Source: an uncultured Acidobacteriota bacterium
Lineage (GTDB): Bacteria; Acidobacteriota; UBA6911
Assembly (NCBI GenBank): GCA_963843575.1
Contig: CAWJKZ010000012.1
Location: forward strand, 128,001-192,000
Direction: 5' to 3'
Length of the DNA stretch: 64,000 nucleotides
Below the pieces are notes generated by a model. That model worked only from the letters and a program-made list of their open reading frames with translations, had not been told where the DNA came from and searched no databases. Below are positions 50,573 through 60,598 of the stretch, one piece after another; the stretch's first letter is position 1, and the number at the start of each line of letters is the position of its first letter. The translations under genes and the position numbers were made by a program.

Positions 50573-52805
50573 ATGACCATGAACTTGCCTGTCAGCGCCA
50601 TTGTCCTTGTTCTGGCGATCTCAATGTTCGGGACGGCCTCCACGGGGCCCCAGGAATTTGTGGGCGGGTTGAGGTCGCTCGGGTACAGCCTCGTCCCAGC
50701 GGCCAGGAGAGTACAGCTGTCGGGGCGGGAGATCTCCATCGACTCGAGCTGGGGCGTGGATCCGCAGGTCGCCCCGGGCGACATCGCCCTGAGGCGCCTG
50801 AAGGAAGGGGCGGCCGAGCTGGCAGGCCTGAAGCTCGAAGGAGGAGGGCCGGGCCGCATCGTTCTTCGGGTTGTGCCGGGGAAGGTGAAGGAGGTTCCGG
50901 CGGCGACATCGAAAGACGCCTACACCTTGAGCATCACAGCCCCAGCGCATCGAAATCACCGGGAACGGCAGCCCGGGGCTGCTCTACGGAGTGCAGAGCC
51001 TGCTGCAGCTCCTGCGGCCGGCCGAGGGCGGCACCCGCCGGCTCCCCGAAACCGAGATTGAGGATTGGCCCGCGCTGCCGCTCCGCTTCATTCACTGGGA
51101 CTACCAAGCATCACCAGGACCGGCCGGAAACGCTGAAGAGGTTCATCGACTGGACGTCGTTCTTCAAGGCGAATGCCATCGGGTTCGAGATCGAAGACAA
51201 GTACGAGTTCCCGCGGCATCCGGTGGTCGGCGCGCCGGGGGCCTTCACCAGGGCGCAGGTGCAGGAGCTCACGCGCTATGCGCTGGAACGCCACATCCAG
51301 CTCGTGCCGCAGATTCAGGCTCCTGCGCACATGGCCTACGTGCTGAAGCACGACGAATTCAAACATCTCCGGGCGGACGGGAGCAACTACCAGGCCTCGA
51401 TGTGCGACGAGGAAGCCATCTCGCTGATCCAGGATCTCTACCAGGACCTGATCGACGCCACCCCCGGGGTGGAGTACTTCCACGTTTCGACCGACGAGGT
51501 GTACTTCGCCGGGATTTCCGCCAAGTGTCGGGAGAAGCGCCCGTACAACGAGGAAAACCGCAGCCTGACGTGGGTGGAGTACGTCAACCGGATGCACAAG
51601 TGGCTCGCCGACCGGGGACGCAAGATGCTCTGCTGGGTGGAATACCCGCTGCTGGAGGAGCACCTCAAGCTTCTCCCACGAGGGCTCATCAACGGTGTCG
51701 CCGTCCTGGACCGCGGCAGCGCCTGGAACAGGGGCCTCAGGGATGCCGGCGTACCGTCGCTGATCTACAGCGCCCAGCAGGGCTCCGAGCTCCTTTTCCC
51801 CAACTATTTCTCTTCGGAATTCCTTGACGACGGCCGCCCGGTGCAGGGCCATCTGGCCGAGCCCGGCAGAGTCGTTCCCCGGATCCTGCGGAGAGGCTCC
51901 CAACGAACTCATCGGGACATACGCCGCGGCGTGGGATGACTCCGGCCTGCACAACGAGACGTTCTGGCTGGGTTGGGTCATGGTCAGCCAGTATGGCTGG
52001 TCGCCGGACAGGCCGCGGCCAGAGCAGGTGATTGCCGACTTCATGGACGTCTTCTACGGCCCCGGCAACCAGGATCTCGTCGAGGTCTATCGGACTCTGA
52101 TGGAAGGGGCGCGATTCTACGAATCGAGCCTGGATCGCGTGCCGGCTTCGCGCCTGAAGCCGACGTACGGGAGTTGGGCCGGCCCGGGACGGGACACGAC
52201 CCGGATCGACCTGCGCATCGAGCCGCCGCCGCTTCCCTTCGCGTACGATGAAACGCTGGTGGTCGAGCGCACTTTCTCCCGCCGGTACGCGCATGTCCTG
52301 GCTCAGCTGCCGGAAATGCGGCGTCGGCTGGATCAGACGATAGCAGCGCTGCAGGGGAAGCTCGGGGTCGTAGCGCGGAATCGGTACAACGTCGAGGTCC
52401 TGCTCTCGATCGCGCAGTTCGAGCGCCACTGGGTCACCATGGTTGCGGCCTTGAAGGATGCCGAGGACCTGATGATCCAGGCGGCCGAGGCACAAAGGCA
52501 GGACCGGGCGAAGCGACGTCGTCGCACTGCTGTCGCAGGCGCACGGGCGGGTGGAAGATTGCCTGCGGGACCGGAAGACGATGTGGGAGGGTCTGACGGC
52601 CACCTGGGAAAAGAGCCGCTACCCCAAAGGCATGTCGGTGGGGGGCCGGAGCTTTGTCCACGTCCTGGACGACCTGAAAGACCACCGAGCCGACCGGCGC
52701 CCCGGCCTCGACTTCATGCTCGAACCTCTCGAGAACAGCAACCTCGAGTCCTGGTCCGCCTCCCTGTCCCAGTTCATCCAGCTCTTCGCCCGCTCTCGCA
52801 AGTGA
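50573..52805 (+). CDS. Second GH20-family hexosaminidase-like protein, frameshifts near 50945, 51100, 51880, 52515
   Basis: Shares HWD.KHHQDR, EDK..., PQIQ.PAH, FHVSTDE, AAWDDSGLH.ETFWLGW, WEKSRYPKG and KDH.ADRRP with 23412-25652. Confidence 0.85.
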
Positions 52806-52806
52806 C

Positions 52807-53058
52807 GGGGACGGACCAAGAGAAGTTTTTTATACACAATATTTTAAAAGGAAATACCGATCCGAATTGGGCCTTATTTTAGCTTTTCGTAGCCGAAAAT
52901 CGAAAATAAGCCCTGGAACCGCAGTGGTAGGGAACGAAAGACGAGCAGACATGCACTAAGCGCAGAATTTGCCCTCAAAAAAAGAAAATAAGGCCACTTT
53001 CCAGGCCTGAAAATAAGGTAGGTATAATTTTGACAAGTGGTTAGCGTGGTCCGTCCCC
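52807..53058. mobile_element. AT-rich MITE-like element, copy 2 (252 bp)
   Basis: Same terminal IRs, same orientation and same internal blocks as 41388-41619. Confidence 0.75.
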
Positions 53059-54393
53059 TCCCACTTCCGACAATTCGAGGTCCTTGGTTTCGGGGCTGAA
53101 CAGGAGGCTCACGAAGGTCATCAGCGCCCCGGCGGTGAGGACAACCGAAGGGGAAAGCCACATGTCCTGCTTCTCGATGTTCTGGATGAAGGGGACGTTG
53201 TGGGCCCACCAGACGTAGACGCTGAACCACGCGCCGAGGAGCGCGCCCGAAGAGTACCCGAGCCCGACCCCGACGGCGCGGCGCCCGGTCGGAAACCGTT
53301 CCGCCAGGTACGCCGGGATTATGCCCCAGGCGAGCTTGAGCATCGCGGCCATGGTCGTCCCGAGAATCGCGAGCGGGACGTTGCGGGCCACCGCCGCGTG
53401 GTACAGGACGAAGTACACCGGGATCCCGAAAACCGCGAGAAACCCGCAATACCACAGAGTGAGCGACTTTCGCCCCGTGAAGTCCGACAACCACCCGTAG
53501 AGGTTATAGCCCAGAAAGGCCATGAAGAGCGCGAACCCGTAGATCAGGCTGTAGGTGGTGGTGTCGAAGCCGCGGCCACCCAGGGTGAGGATGTTCGGGA
53601 GGAAGCCATACACGGAGTAGTCGGCGAGAAACAGCCCCGTCATGAACACGAACACCTGCAGGAAGACCCACAGGGCCGGCGGCTTGAAGAGGTTCAGGAA
53701 CGGCGCGCGCTCGATCGCCCCGCCCTTCCTGGCCTTCTCGAACTCCGGAGACTCCGGCAGCGCCTTCCGGATGTATAGCGCGAGGAACACCGGCACGACC
53801 CCGGTCGCGAAAACGATGCGCCAGCCATAGTCCAGCATCCCCTTGTCGCCGAGCCAGTGCGAGATCAAGGCGAAGACCACCGAGGCGAAAACGTATCCCA
53901 GGGGAAAACCGGACTGGATGAAGCCGCCGATGGCCCCGCGCCTCCTCTTGGGCGCGTGTTCGATGGCGAAGGTGTGGCCGACGGCGTATTCCCCGCCGAA
54001 AAAACACCCCATGACGAACCGGAGGACGCAGAACACGACATAGGCCCAGTTCCCCACCTGGTCGTAGGTGGGCAGAAAGGCCGAAAGGAACGACATGACG
54101 CCGACGCCGCCGATGGTCAGGATCAGGAGAAAACGGCGGCCGAGCCGGTCGGCGTAGTGCCCGAAGATGGCCGACCCCACCGGCCGGGCCGCCATGGTGA
54201 TCGAATAGCTGAGTACGATCGTGATGTACCGCCAGGCGTCGCTGCCGGAGGGCGACGAAAAGACCCGGACCAGGATGGGGGCCATCACCAGGACGAGCGC
54301 CATGTCGTATGCGTCGAGCATGAAACCCAGAAACTGCGACCCCATCGCCATCTTCGTGTGCCTGCCCAAGCCTTCCTGGCGCACCGTGAGCAT
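53041..54393 (-). CDS. MFS transporter (organic-acid/sugar-acid:H+ symporter-like)
   Basis: LDAYD, ARPVGSAIFGHYADRLGRR, RFVMG.FFGGEY, GWR..F, AERFPT..R, PETK. Confidence 0.93.
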   Translation of the reverse strand: MLTVRQEGLGRHTKMAMGSQFLGFMLDAYDMALVLVMAPILVRVFSSPSGSDAWRYITIVLSYSITMAARPVGSAIFGHYADRLGRRFLLILTIGGVGVMSFLSAFLPTYDQVGNWAYVVFCVLRFVMGCFFGGEYAVGHTFAIEHAPKRRRGAIGGFIQSGFPLGYVFASVVFALISHWLGDKGMLDYGWRIVFATGVVPVFLALYIRKALPESPEFEKARKGGAIERAPFLNLFKPPALWVFLQVFVFMTGLFLADYSVYGFLPNILTLGGRGFDTTTYSLIYGFALFMAFLGYNLYGWLSDFTGRKSLTLWYCGFLAVFGIPVYFVLYHAAVARNVPLAILGTTMAAMLKLAWGIIPAYLAERFPTGRRAVGVGLGYSSGALLGAWFSVYVWWAHNVPFIQNIEKQDMWLSPSVVLTAGALMTFVSLLFSPETKDLELSEVGGDGPR

Positions 54394-54457
54394 AAGGTTA
54401 AGTTCCTTTCGGTTCGAATTCCCCGATTCGTCGAGATTCCGCGAGCCTGAAGCGATC

Positions 54458-57019
54458 TCATTCGGTCCGGAGCGCAACCATGGGATCGATCCTGCCCGCG
54501 CGCCGGGCGGGCACGTAGCCCGCCAGCAGTGCGACCAGCAGAAGGAGAAGGGTCGCGGTCGCCACGGCCCGCGGGTCTGCGGCCCCGAGGCCGAAGAGGC
54601 GGCTCGAAATCAGCCGGGCGGCGGCCAGGGCCGCAGGAACCCCGAGGGCGATCCCGAGCCCGACCAGGACGACGCTCTCGCGCAGGATCAGGCGCAGGAC
54701 GTCGCCGGACCCGGCGCCGAGCGCCATGCGCAGCCCCAGCTCGCTCGTGCGGCGGGCAACGCTGTAGGACATGACCCCGTAGAGCCCCGTGCAGGCCAGG
54801 ACGAGGGCGAGCACCCCGAAGAAGCCGGAGAGGCTGGCGATCAGCCTTTCTTCGATCAGCGACCGGTCGATGAGCCCTTCGAGCGTGTCCAGCCGGACGA
54901 GCGGCAGGGTCGGATCGACGGCGCCGAGTTCGCGCCGGATGGCACCGGCGGCCTGCTGCGGATCGCCCGTCGTCCTGACCTCGAAATTCACCGTGGTGAC
55001 AGCCTCGATCGGCTGGTGCATCGGGACGTAGAACCGCCGGATGGCGCCCCAGCGCAGGCTGTGGTCCTTGACGTTGGCCGCCACCCCCACGATTTCCAGC
55101 CCCGTCCGCTGCCCCGGGAGCCAGAAGATCTGCCGGCCGACCGGGTTCGTTCCCTGAAAGTAGAAGCGCGCGAACGCCTCGTTGACGATCACGGTCCGGG
55201 GCGCCCCAGCCGCGTCCTGCGCCGTGAAGTCGCGCCCGAGCAGGATCGGAATGCCGACGGTGGAGAAATAGCCGGGCCCCACCTGGTCGAAGCGCGCCAC
55301 CTCGGGCTTCCCTGCCGCCCCATACCCCTCCACGATGATCGGTCCCGCCGACTCCGGGCCGCTGAACAGGCCGTTTTCGGAAAACGTCACCGCGCGCACA
55401 CCAGGGAGCGCGGCAAAACGCTGCTGCAGCTGGTCGACGAGCCGGGAGATCTCGGCCCCCCGATATCCGCCCGTCACAGGGTCCACCCGGACAATCAGCA
55501 GGTTCTCCCGCACGTAACCGAGGTCGACCCCGCGCAGCTTCTGAAGGCTGCGCACGAAGAGCGCCGCCCCGACCAGCAGCATCAGGGAGAGCGCAACCTG
55601 CGCCACGACCAGCGCCTTGCGCAGGCGCAGCCGGCCGGGCGAACCGCCCGCGCCGCGCACCGTGTCTTTCAGCGACGCGATCACATCGACCCGCGCCGAC
55701 TGCAACGCCGGCGCCAGCCCGAACAGCATCCCGGTCAAAACCGTCACCACCCCTGTGAATGCCAGAACACGCAGGTCCGGGCGAAACCGGATCGCAATCG
55801 GGTGCGTGGTGAACGCGCCGACCAGCGCGACCAGCGTAGCGCTGCCCCAGGCCGCGAAGAGCAGGCCCACCCCCGCGCCCAGGACGGAGATCAGGAGACT
55901 CTCGGTCAGCAGCTGCCGCACCAGCCGCGAACGGCGCGCGCCGAGTGCAACCCGGAGCGCCATTTCCCTCCCCCTCGCCGTCGCGCGCGCAAGCTGCAGG
56001 CTCGCCACGTTGGCACAGGCGATCAGGAGCACCGCCGCCACCACCCCCATGAGGATAAACAGCGGCTCCGAGAACTCCCGCAGCGAACTGACCGAGTTCT
56101 TGCCGTACTCCTCCCGCGGCAGGCCCGTCCCGGCGGGCAGGATCTCCACGCGCAACTGGCCGATGGCCTTCCGATGCTCGTCCGTGATCCTCGACCCGAG
56201 TTCGTCGGCGATCAGCTGGTGCAGCAGCACCTCCATCCCCGCCTGCGCCCGGGTGTACGACACGTCCGGCTTAAGCCGCCCGAGCACGCGCACCCACCCC
56301 ACGTTCCGGCGACCCAGCCATTCCCTCCCCGGCATTAGCGACGCCTGCATCATCATCGGCACGTAAAAGTCGGGGGCGTCGCCGACCGTTTCGCCCGTGA
56401 ACGAGGGGAGGATCACGCCGACGACCTCAAAGGCGCTCCCCGCGGGCCCGAGCCGGCGCCCCTCCGGGCCCTCCTCCACAGACATCGCCGCACCCCACAC
56501 CAGACGCCCGGGGCCGAGGTGCAGCGTCTTGCCGACCACCGACGAGTCGCCTCCCAGGCGCTGCTTCCAGAAGGCATAACTCACCACCGCCACGGCCGAC
56601 CCGCCGGGGACCCTGTCGTCTTCGGGCGTGAGCACCCTCCCGATCAGCGCGCGCGCCCCCATCATGCGGAAATAGCTCCCCGACACGATGCGGCCCGACA
56701 GCCGCAACGCCTCCCCGCCGGACTCGCCCAGGAGCGGCACCTGGTCGACCGCGGCCACCGCCGCCACGTCCGCGAAAACCTCGTTGCGGTCGCGGAACTG
56801 CTCGTAGCGGGTGTAGGGGAACTGCCGGGCGGCGACCCTCACGAGCCGCTCCGGCTCCGGCACGGGCAGCGGCCGGAACAGTAGCGCGTCGATCAGGCTG
56901 AAGATCGCCGTGTTGGCGCCGATACCGAGCCCCAGCGAAAGAACGGCTATGCAGGTGAAGACCGGGCTCCTGAGAAGCCCGCGGAAAGCGTAGCGCAGGT
57001 CCTGAAGCAGTGTGTCCAT
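54458..57019 (-). CDS. ADOP-type duplicated MacB/FtsX ABC permease
   Basis: [15 protein letters not shown]...[11 protein letters not shown]; LLIACANVA; RE.ALR.ALGA; [22 protein letters not shown]; [14 protein letters not shown]. Confidence 0.95.
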   Translation of the reverse strand: MDTLLQDLRYAFRGLLRSPVFTCIAVLSLGLGIGANTAIFSLIDALLFRPLPVPEPERLVRVAARQFPYTRYEQFRDRNEVFADVAAVAAVDQVPLLGESGGEALRLSGRIVSGSYFRMMGARALIGRVLTPEDDRVPGGSAVAVVSYAFWKQRLGGDSSVVGKTLHLGPGRLVWGAAMSVEEGPEGRRLGPAGSAFEVVGVILPSFTGETVGDAPDFYVPMMMQASLMPGREWLGRRNVGWVRVLGRLKPDVSYTRAQAGMEVLLHQLIADELGSRITDEHRKAIGQLRVEILPAGTGLPREEYGKNSVSSLREFSEPLFILMGVVAAVLLIACANVASLQLARATARGREMALRVALGARRSRLVRQLLTESLLISVLGAGVGLLFAAWGSATLVALVGAFTTHPIAIRFRPDLRVLAFTGVVTVLTGMLFGLAPALQSARVDVIASLKDTVRGAGGSPGRLRLRKALVVAQVALSLMLLVGAALFVRSLQKLRGVDLGYVRENLLIVRVDPVTGGYRGAEISRLVDQLQQRFAALPGVRAVTFSENGLFSGPESAGPIIVEGYGAAGKPEVARFDQVGPGYFSTVGIPILLGRDFTAQDAAGAPRTVIVNEAFARFYFQGTNPVGRQIFWLPGQRTGLEIVGVAANVKDHSLRWGAIRRFYVPMHQPIEAVTTVNFEVRTTGDPQQAAGAIRRELGAVDPTLPLVRLDTLEGLIDRSLIEERLIASLSGFFGVLALVLACTGLYGVMSYSVARRTSELGLRMALGAGSGDVLRLILRESVVLVGLGIALGVPAALAAARLISSRLFGLGAADPRAVATATLLLLLVALLAGYVPARRAGRIDPMVALRTE

Positions 57020-57291
57020 GACGCATCCCCGAGGGCCAGGATCCGGAACATCCGAGGCCCGCAAAGCTGTGGTGCCTCGCGCCGGCGCCGTCCCGCGGGC
57101 ATCCCTCGAGCCCTTCGGGCGAGCCCCTGCCCGGGAAAACATGCACACGATCCGCGCGCGATGGGCCCCTACTATACACCCGAACCGCACTAATCTTATC
57201 TTTTGTTCCCTTTTCTTCGCTTGCGTTTGAAGCCGCACCGGGCGTAGGATCGGGTGGTCGCGCCCCAAAAACCACACACAGGAGTCATACG

Positions 57292-58503
57292 ATGAACCGA
57301 AGGCAACTACTGATGCTTCCCGGAGTGGCGTTGCTGACGCGCCGGGGTTCGGCCCGCACCCGGCAGGCCGGCGCCGCTTCCTCACCCGACGTGGAAAAGG
57401 TCCTGCCGGACCAGCTCCTGCTCAAGGATTACCGGCCGAGGTCGGTCTACAAGATCCCGGTGAGCAACATCGTGAAGGCGAAATACCCCATCGTCGACGT
57501 GCACCATCACGCCCGCGTCAAGACGCCCCAGGACGTCGAGACGATGGTGAAGCTGATGGACAAGGTCGGGGTGGAAAAGACCGTCTGCTTCAGCGGAACG
57601 GGCGAGAACTTCGACGCCACCTTCAAGCTGTACTCGAAGTATCCCGGCCGCTTCGACGTCTGGTGCGGCTTCAACATGACCGGCGTCGACCAGCCGGGCT
57701 TCGGGCCCAACACCGTCAAGGAACTGGAGCGGTGCCACAAGGTGGGTGCCGTCGGGGTCGGCGAGGTCACGGACAAGGGTTGGGGCATCGGCGGCAGGCT
57801 GTCGGCGCCGCCGAACTGGCAGGGGACCCGCCCGGCGGGCGGCGGAGGCTCGGGGCCGCAGCAGGGCCCGCCCATCCAGGGGCTGCACCCGGACGATCCG
57901 AAGATGGATCCGATCTGGCAGAAGTGCGCCGAGCTGGGGATGCCGATCAACCTGCACATGTCCGACCCGTACTGGTCCTACCTGCCCCAGGACCGGCACA
58001 ACGACGGGCTGATGAACGGCTTCAGCTGGCGGCTGGACGACAAGCCCGGCCTCCTGGGCCACAACGAGCTGATCCAGTCGCTGGACAGGGCGCTCCAGAG
58101 ACACCCCAAAACCGTCTTCATCTGCTGCCACCTCGCGAACCTGGACTACGACCTGACCCGCCTCGGCCAGATGCTCGACCGGCACCCGAACATGTACGCC
58201 GACATCTCGGCCCGCTTTGCCGAGACGGCGCCCATCCCGCGGTTTGCCGGACAGTTCCTGAAGAAATACGCCAACCGCGTCGCCTACGGCACAGACATGC
58301 CGTACAACCAGGACGTGTTCACGACCACGTTCCGGATCATGGAGTCGCTCGACGAGCACTTCTATGCCCAGGACGTCTACTTCAACTTCAACTATCACTG
58401 GCCCCTGCATGGCATGGGCCTGCCCGACGACGTGCTCAAGAAGATCTATCACGACACAGCGACGAACGCTTTCAAGCAGGCGCGCGGGAACGCCACGGCT
58501 TAG
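57292..58503 (+). CDS. Amidohydrolase_2 family protein with Tat-like signal
   Basis: MNRRQLL; VDVHHH; LHMSDP; CH; YADISAR; YGTD. Confidence 0.9.
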   Translation: MNRRQLLMLPGVALLTRRGSARTRQAGAASSPDVEKVLPDQLLLKDYRPRSVYKIPVSNIVKAKYPIVDVHHHARVKTPQDVETMVKLMDKVGVEKTVCFSGTGENFDATFKLYSKYPGRFDVWCGFNMTGVDQPGFGPNTVKELERCHKVGAVGVGEVTDKGWGIGGRLSAPPNWQGTRPAGGGGSGPQQGPPIQGLHPDDPKMDPIWQKCAELGMPINLHMSDPYWSYLPQDRHNDGLMNGFSWRLDDKPGLLGHNELIQSLDRALQRHPKTVFICCHLANLDYDLTRLGQMLDRHPNMYADISARFAETAPIPRFAGQFLKKYANRVAYGTDMPYNQDVFTTTFRIMESLDEHFYAQDVYFNFNYHWPLHGMGLPDDVLKKIYHDTATNAFKQARGNATA

Positions 58504-58540
58504 TACTGATGTGCATAAATACGCCAACGTATTTTCAGGA

Positions 58541-58591
58541 CGCGGATGCGCGCGGATCCCCACGGATCCGTTGGATCTGCGGAATCTGCGT
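58541..58591. repeat. Short CGCGGAT/ATCTGCG periodic palindrome (REP-like)
   Basis: CGCGGATGCGCGCGGATCCCCACGGATCCGTTGGATCTGCGGAATCTGCG. Confidence 0.45.
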
Positions 58592-58646
58592 TCTGTTTTG
58601 ACTTTTGTCTTTCATCGCCCGTTATGAGACTGTGTACTTGGCAAGG

Positions 58647-58756
58647 CAAGTGTGTCCGAGCCTCGAGCCCGGACGTCCTTGACCTGCGCCATATAGGCAC
58701 GCGTGCGCTACATGGCAGCCTCAGACTGGGTCCGGGCTTCGGCCCGGACCCACTTG
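58647..58756. repeat. Family A REPIN-like element, diverged
   Basis: CAAGTGTGTCCGAGCCTCGAGCCCGGAC ... GTCCGGGCTTCGGCCCGGACCCACTTG. Confidence 0.8.
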
Positions 58757-58809
58757 TTTTGGGGTACCCTTTTGCGTCATATTGGAGGCCAACGATAAGG
58801 GGGATGTCC

Positions 58810-59598
58810 ATGAGAAGAGTGTCCTTATTGGCCGTGTTGTTGTTGGCGGTGCTGGTTCTCCCCGTCACCGGTTTTGCCCAGTACTCGCGGCGAGATGTCG
58901 CCGACATCTCGCGCGACGTGTCCAACCTGGCACAGAACACCTGGAACACCGTGCAAGGGGATCTGAACCGGCGGGACTCCGTGGGCGTGCGCGGAGCCGA
59001 TGGGATGCAGTTGTATCTCGCATTGAGCGGCTTTGCCAGCAGTGCCAAGGTCTACGCGGACCTGGTGGCACGGCCCCGGAACGAGACCGTCCTGAACAGC
59101 GGGGCGCGCTACCTGGTGGACCAAGCCCGCGCCATCGACCAATTGATGGGCCAGAGCAGCGCCGTCGACCAGCTGCGCACCGACTGGAACAGCGTCCAGG
59201 ACGCCGTGGCGCGCCTCTCCGACCTGTACAGCCTGAACTATTCCACCCCCAGGACCGCCAGGTTCAGCCAGAACCGCGGCCGGTACGGCAGCGGCACCGC
59301 CTACAGTTCGGGAACCTTCCGGTGGCGTGGCCGGGTCGACGGGGCGGATTACATCAACGTCCAGGGGAACCGGGTCAGTATCGACCACCTGGAGGCGAAC
59401 GCGATCCAGAATGCGTCGTTCACCATGCCGCGGGCCCTGCCCCGGTCCGCCGTCCAGGTCCGGCTCAACAAGATTCGCGGCCGCGGCTCGGTGGAGCTCG
59501 TCGAGCAACCGTCGGTCTCCAATAGCTTCACCGCCGTCGTCCTGATCGACGACCCGGTTGGAGGCGCGGACGACTACGAGTTCGAGCTGGTCTGGTAA
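58810..59598 (+). CDS. Secreted hypothetical protein (helical bundle plus beta-rich C-terminal domain)
   Basis: Signal peptide MRRVSLLAVLLL...AQ; C-terminal FRWRGRVDG...RGRG.V...EQP...YEFELVW. Confidence 0.75.
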   Translation: MRRVSLLAVLLLAVLVLPVTGFAQYSRRDVADISRDVSNLAQNTWNTVQGDLNRRDSVGVRGADGMQLYLALSGFASSAKVYADLVARPRNETVLNSGARYLVDQARAIDQLMGQSSAVDQLRTDWNSVQDAVARLSDLYSLNYSTPRTARFSQNRGRYGSGTAYSSGTFRWRGRVDGADYINVQGNRVSIDHLEANAIQNASFTMPRALPRSAVQVRLNKIRGRGSVELVEQPSVSNSFTAVVLIDDPVGGADDYEFELVW

Positions 59599-59819
59599 CA
59601 GAGGCTCCGAACAAAGGCTCCCGGTCCCTCAGCGCCGGGAGCGGCCGTGCCGTGTGCGGACGCCCCAGAGAGGTCGAGCGGCTCAGGGAGCAACACGGAG
59701 GGCTGGTCACTCACCCGCAATTTTGGCAGACGCGGGGAATTGCACGCCGCAGGAGGCGTTTGCAGTTCCCCGCGGACCCCGGTAACATTCCTGCAGCATT
59801 CCCGACGGGAGGTTTCGTC

Positions 59820-60530
59820 ATGCGTATGGTGCGTTCCGGCATTTCTACGTTGCTGCTGATCCTGGCTCCGTGCTTGACCGCGCAGTCGAACACTTCCCCT
59901 GCCGGGCACTGGGAGGGAGGCATCAAGGTGCCGTCGGGCGATCTGAAGGTCGTCGTGGACCTCGACCGTGACGCGAAGGGCAACTGGATCGGGGACATCG
60001 ACATTCCGGACCAGGGTGTGAAGGACCTTCCCCTGCGCGACCTCTCGGTGGCAGGCGACACAGTCACCTTCGCCCTTCCGGCCGGACCGGGAGACCCGAC
60101 ATTCAACGGGAAGGTGTCGGCGGAGGGGAGCGTGCTCTCGGGAGATTTCTCCCAGAACGGCGGCTCCGTCCCGTTTACGCTGAACAGGACCGGCGAGCCC
60201 AAGGTCGTCGTGTCCCCCGCCAGCCCGTCGCTGCCGGAGAAATTCACGGGGGTCTGGGAAGGCAAGCTCGAGGCCCCCGGCGGATCGCTGCGGATTGTCT
60301 TCCATTTCGAGAACAAGGACGGCGCCGCGGTCGGGAGCATCGACAGCCCCGACCAGGGTGCGTCGGGCATCCCTATCAGCCGCATCTCGGTGGAAGGCAG
60401 TGCCATCCAGGTGGGCGTCCAGATCATCTCCGGTGAATACAAGGGCAGGCTGAGCGACGACGGCAAGACGATTTCCGGTGAATGGTCTCAGGGTGGCGCC
60501 ACCCTCGCGCTCGCACTGGCCAGGAAGTGA
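59820..60530 (+). CDS. Secreted protein with two tandem homologous beta domains
   Basis: GGAGG RBS; GHWEGGI...DIPDQG...LSGDFSQNG and GVWEGKL...DSPDQG...ISGEWSQGG. Confidence 0.8.
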   Translation: MRMVRSGISTLLLILAPCLTAQSNTSPAGHWEGGIKVPSGDLKVVVDLDRDAKGNWIGDIDIPDQGVKDLPLRDLSVAGDTVTFALPAGPGDPTFNGKVSAEGSVLSGDFSQNGGSVPFTLNRTGEPKVVVSPASPSLPEKFTGVWEGKLEAPGGSLRIVFHFENKDGAAVGSIDSPDQGASGIPISRISVEGSAIQVGVQIISGEYKGRLSDDGKTISGEWSQGGATLALALARK

Positions 60531-60598
60531 GCCGGCCCCTCCGGGGCCGCCGCCGGGCAGGTTTGCAGTAAATTTCCTATCGGCGGTAGAATGTCCGC

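Noticed and set aside
22100-52520. Programmed frameshifting or stop-codon recoding to explain the split genes
   Set aside because: The shifts are numerous and fall at unrelated sites, with no shared slippery motif that I could see. The paralogous GH20 genes also break at partly different positions. Sequencing indels are the simpler explanation.
41388-53058. Composite transposon bounded by the two MITE-like copies
   Set aside because: The copies are strongly diverged, no flanking target duplication or transposase is visible, and related genes continue on both sides.
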